Below are positions 60,436 to 64,000 of a stretch of 64,000 nucleotides of DNA, piece by piece. The translations under genes were made by a program, and so were the position numbers. Each line of letters begins with the position of its first letter. The first letter of the stretch is position 1. The DNA comes from Eukaryota sp. TZLM1-RC (taxonomy: Eukaryota; Protista; Metamonada: BaSk clade), in contig JAUPSS010000002.1 in the NCBI GenBank assembly GCA_040285825.1, positions 3,534,001 through 3,598,000 of the forward strand, in the 5' to 3' direction. Under the pieces are notes generated by a model. The model had not been told where the DNA came from, searched no databases, and worked only from the letters and a program-made list of their open reading frames with translations.

Positions 60436-62457
60436 TCAATTCATGCTTTCCCTCATTCTGGAAGCGACTTTGTAAGTAACCCAAGGTGTGAGCACTTCAG
60501 CAAGATCTTTTCTATCAATCAAAGGTCTGGCTATTTCATCGAACCACTGCTGAGGCTTTAACATATCCAAGTTCAGTAGATCAAGGCACTCGCTAAAGGA
60601 ACTACTTGACCACAAACCATCTTTCTTGTGCTGATAGGAGTGTACAAGAGTTCTCGCAACCCAAAGAGTGATATCTGGAGAGGTCTGTGAAGCTATACTC
60701 AATTTCTTACACGTAGCAGCCGTTACTAAAAGTGGTGGATTGTCTAGAATGCCCTCAACTTGATGCAAAATCTGACTGAAACAGTGCTGGTTTTGATCTT
60801 CAGAGGCATTGCTACAAAGTGCTCTGTAAATAGCAGAATCATTACGTTCTTCAGCTTCTACGATCATTGGAAGCATGTAGCTGGCTTTGCATTGGTTACG
60901 CTTGAGTTCTTCCAAGGCGAAATTGTGGAGACCTTGAATACCAAAAAAACGAGCCAAATAGAAGATCTGATAGCAGTTTTGAGACGTCAGTTCAACATCA
61001 AAGCAATATAAACTTTTCACAACATCAACCAAATAGGTCGAATCAACTGGTAATTCTTTGGTAAGATCAAGTGTGGTTTCTGCTTGCTCGTGATCATTTG
61101 AATTGAATTTTGACCTAAAATACGCAGATCTCATGGAAACTACATTCCTGTGCACATCCAAGGTAACATTATCGTGCACTATTTGTTGATCAGCAAGGAT
61201 GCTTCCCTCATAAAGATCCTTCAAAAGCGCATCTCCGCTTGACTTGTACAATACATACTTTGGTGATTCACTTTTGGGATTAGGACTGGGGACAGGGGTA
61301 ATGTTGGGAAAAGGAAGAGGACTAGCGCCAGGGTTGGCGTTTTCATTGGTTCGAATAGTTTGTTCTGAACCTTTGCCATGAGATAACTGTGGAGAGTCGA
61401 AAACTGAACTATGCATTGTGAATTTGGTTAGAACGTATTGCGAGGTTTCTTTGCCATTATCTACGCTTGTCAAAAAATACCCAAGAAAGACGGAAACATC
61501 CGAGCCAGAGACAATCACGTTGGAAGCAGCACATCCATGTTGAGGAGATGCATGGACTGAAATACATTGAGATCGATGAACACCATCAACTTTGGCCAGA
61601 ATAAAAGTGGATGCGTTGGAAAGGACAATGAAAGAGTTTGCTGATCCTTTGATAACGTAATCATCACTGGGAAGTTTAACAAAACCAAATTCCAATGTTT
61701 CCATTGAGATTAAAACCAACTGATTCTGTTGTGTGACTCCTATTGTACCAGGATTAACAAAACCTACACTCTGCCCATTAGCCAAGGGGCGATGTTGATT
61801 AATCTTGAGTTCCCTTCCCTGCCAGGAAGCAATACCGAGGCTTGTATCACTAAGAATTACTAAATGGCCATTGTGAAGAGCCATGTCCACTGGTGCCATT
61901 TTGTATGATTGATACACAATATAAGAAGGCAGAGGTTCTTTTTGGTTGGGTAATACACACAGATCACCGGCTTGAAATGCTGCTTGGTGGTCAACTTTGA
62001 AGAAATAGCCTTGCTGGTAGGCAAAGATAACGTGGTCGTGATCAATTACTGCACAAACAGGGAGTGGAAGATTTTTAATGGTGATGGTTACGTTTTCCAC
62101 TACCTTTGGCTTGTTTTTGTTTTGTGCATCAACATGGGTCAAACGAAAGAGTTGGATTCCTCCCTCAACCAGAGTTACTGCGATAGATTGATTGGAATCA
62201 CGAGAGACGACATCGGCGATGATGGATGTGGTGGTAACCAAAAGTCGTTTCGCTTCGCACGATGCCACTTGTACGCGAAGGGATGATGCTTGAGAGGACA
62301 AAAAGAGCGAATCAGAACTGACAATCTTGACTGGACGTTCCTGTTTCATACTGTACTTAGGAGTCTCCGCAGGAACGACATCTTCTATGTTTTGGAAACG
62401 AGCTTGTGCACAGTGCTCAAACGGCCTTGAGAGTATGTTTGGTGGATGAACATTCAT
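60436..62457 (-). CDS. BTB/POZ-domain protein with N-terminal beta-rich region
   Basis: LADQQIV..VHRNVVSMRSAYFRSKF..SLY BTB signature; first in-frame ATG is 62457. Confidence 0.75.
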   Translation of the reverse strand: MNVHPPNILSRPFEHCAQARFQNIEDVVPAETPKYSMKQERPVKIVSSDSLFLSSQASSLRVQVASCEAKRLLVTTTSIIADVVSRDSNQSIAVTLVEGGIQLFRLTHVDAQNKNKPKVVENVTITIKNLPLPVCAVIDHDHVIFAYQQGYFFKVDHQAAFQAGDLCVLPNQKEPLPSYIVYQSYKMAPVDMALHNGHLVILSDTSLGIASWQGRELKINQHRPLANGQSVGFVNPGTIGVTQQNQLVLISMETLEFGFVKLPSDDYVIKGSANSFIVLSNASTFILAKVDGVHRSQCISVHASPQHGCAASNVIVSGSDVSVFLGYFLTSVDNGKETSQYVLTKFTMHSSVFDSPQLSHGKGSEQTIRTNENANPGASPLPFPNITPVPSPNPKSESPKYVLYKSSGDALLKDLYEGSILADQQIVHDNVTLDVHRNVVSMRSAYFRSKFNSNDHEQAETTLDLTKELPVDSTYLVDVVKSLYCFDVELTSQNCYQIFYLARFFGIQGLHNFALEELKRNQCKASYMLPMIVEAEERNDSAIYRALCSNASEDQNQHCFSQILHQVEGILDNPPLLVTAATCKKLSIASQTSPDITLWVARTLVHSYQHKKDGLWSSSSFSECLDLLNLDMLKPQQWFDEIARPLIDRKDLAEVLTPWVTYKVASRMRESMN

Positions 62458-62509
62458 GTGTACTTGAAGAGAAGAAATTTTCCAAATATTTTGCACTTTT
62501 GACTGTTTC

Positions 62510-63330
62510 AAATTTCTTGGTTGCCGGATAAAAAGTGTACCTCAAATTACGATTGAATTACAAATTAAGTGGGAAAAAGAGAGAATTGAACTTTCTTCGA
62601 TTCCTTCCTTAGATTTAGAAAAACATATTAAGTTATTTATGCTTAAAATTTGCTACACTGGGTGAATAACCCACATTTGGGGATCTTGTGCTCCCTTACA
62701 GCAATGATTTTTTGTCGATCCTTCAATTCATTGGATATAAAATCGTTTGTTGATATATTCAATGTAGATCCAGGAATGTTGAAAAATCACTTATTTTCGA
62801 CAGCAATTTGTAGAGGTGTAGGATTTACTAAATTCTCTATTTTGTGCGAAACGGTTTTTTTGGATGGATGCAAAAAATTTCAAGTGTCCAAGTCTTTTCC
62901 CCAATCATTTGAGGAAATTCTGGACCGATCTCTTTTCAATTTGCAGTTTTGCTGTAAAAAGCTTAAGCAAAAAGTCTGGATTTTGATTGGCCAAGAAAAA
63001 GATCCCGCTTTTGCAAATCTTTTACAAGATTAGGGTGATATTGCCTCTTCTGCGCTAGTAACATCCATTCCTCAAGTTAATGGCACTTTCTGAACGGATT
63101 TTCCCTGGACTTAGAATACGAGAGTTCGTTCCTTTATCGGGCGTGATAATTTTCCTCATTATTCAATTTGTAAGTGTAATCGACAAATTACAAATACTCA
63201 TTTGTTAATTTGTAAACATTTTATTACTGTTAGAAGCAAGATTCGTGATGCTGTAAGATACCAATTATATTGCATGTGCAAGTCTTCTAGAATTGAATCT
63301 TTTTTGGAACCTCTGTTGTCAAATCGGTTC
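62510..63330 (+). mobile_element. Heavily decayed CRE family D-like fragment
   Basis: EKHIKLFMLKICY, DPAFAN and IRDAVRYQLYCMCKS..EPLL. Confidence 0.65.
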
Positions 63331-64000
63331 TGATTTAAAATCTGTTTTGACACTATATAAGGTATTTGCAGACAAAAAACATGACACGATACTGAACTGC
63401 TCTGCCAAACAATAGTACCCTTTTTCCACATGCTCTAAATATATTCTTCTTTATTGCGTTTCTGTTTTCCTGGAAGTTCAACTAATTGTTTTTGTGGTTT
63501 CAATTGCTGATTGTTTCGTAATGTTTAGCGTTTTTGCTCAACTGCTGTGTAAAGAACAAAAATTATTCAAATAATCTTGTCAGAGATTCCAAGCTGAACT
63601 ATTTTAATCAAAAAAGCTTGACGCGTGGCAGCTCTACCGTTTTGACATTATAATCTAAACTTTCAGCCTTTGAGGATGTTGGATCATGACTCAAACTGCC
63701 GGTAGAGAAACATAAGAATTAGAACAGGAAGGTTACCCCACATATAACATAAGATTTTTTATTACATCGACCAACATATTAATAGGATTATCCCTTCTCA
63801 AATACAAATGACAATATCAGGATCAGCATTCAATAAGCAATTTAAACAGGTCTGACAAGCTTAGTGTTTTTGGAATTAAAAATGCATGAGACGGCCGTCA
63901 TAGAAGCATATGTAAAATTGACATTGTAATACGATTGAGATAGATGGTTTTACCTGCAAAGTGCCAAAACTCATAAATGTGCAAAGATAAACTTATTTTT

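Noticed and set aside
63330-64000. Possible further Fanzor N-terminal remnant on the minus strand
   Set aside because: Only vague motifs and truncated by the window edge.
1-64000. CRISPR arrays, tRNA/rRNA genes, spliced-leader or telomeric target repeats; many short antisense ORFs in the track
   Set aside because: None recognisable by eye; the short ORFs are shadows of real genes or transposons.

Overview
AT-rich eukaryotic DNA from a flagellated protist (SF-assemblin and DRC3 present; standard genetic code; a metamonad-like lineage is an inference from the tiny introns and compact genes). About 17 compact host genes sit as islands in dense transposon graveyards. These contain at least 7 families of CRE-like RLE non-LTR retrotransposons, one other RLE element, a small LTR-type element and six decayed Fanzor1 (eukaryotic TnpB) elements. 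Main observations: (1) five of the six Fanzor remnants, from about three families, keep their 3'/omegaRNA end within roughly 10-90 nt of a host start codon and on the same strand; (2) all introns found are 27-32 nt with a near-fixed branch point, and two in cyclophilin appear to be non-canonical GT-AT introns; (3) a head-to-head retrotransposon dimer is flanked by one target-site duplication, with the empty site preserved in a paralogous block; (4) an AlbA_2/STAND SAMD9-like gene has its effector domain duplicated as an inverted repeat. All calls come from manual motif recognition; no database searches were run.
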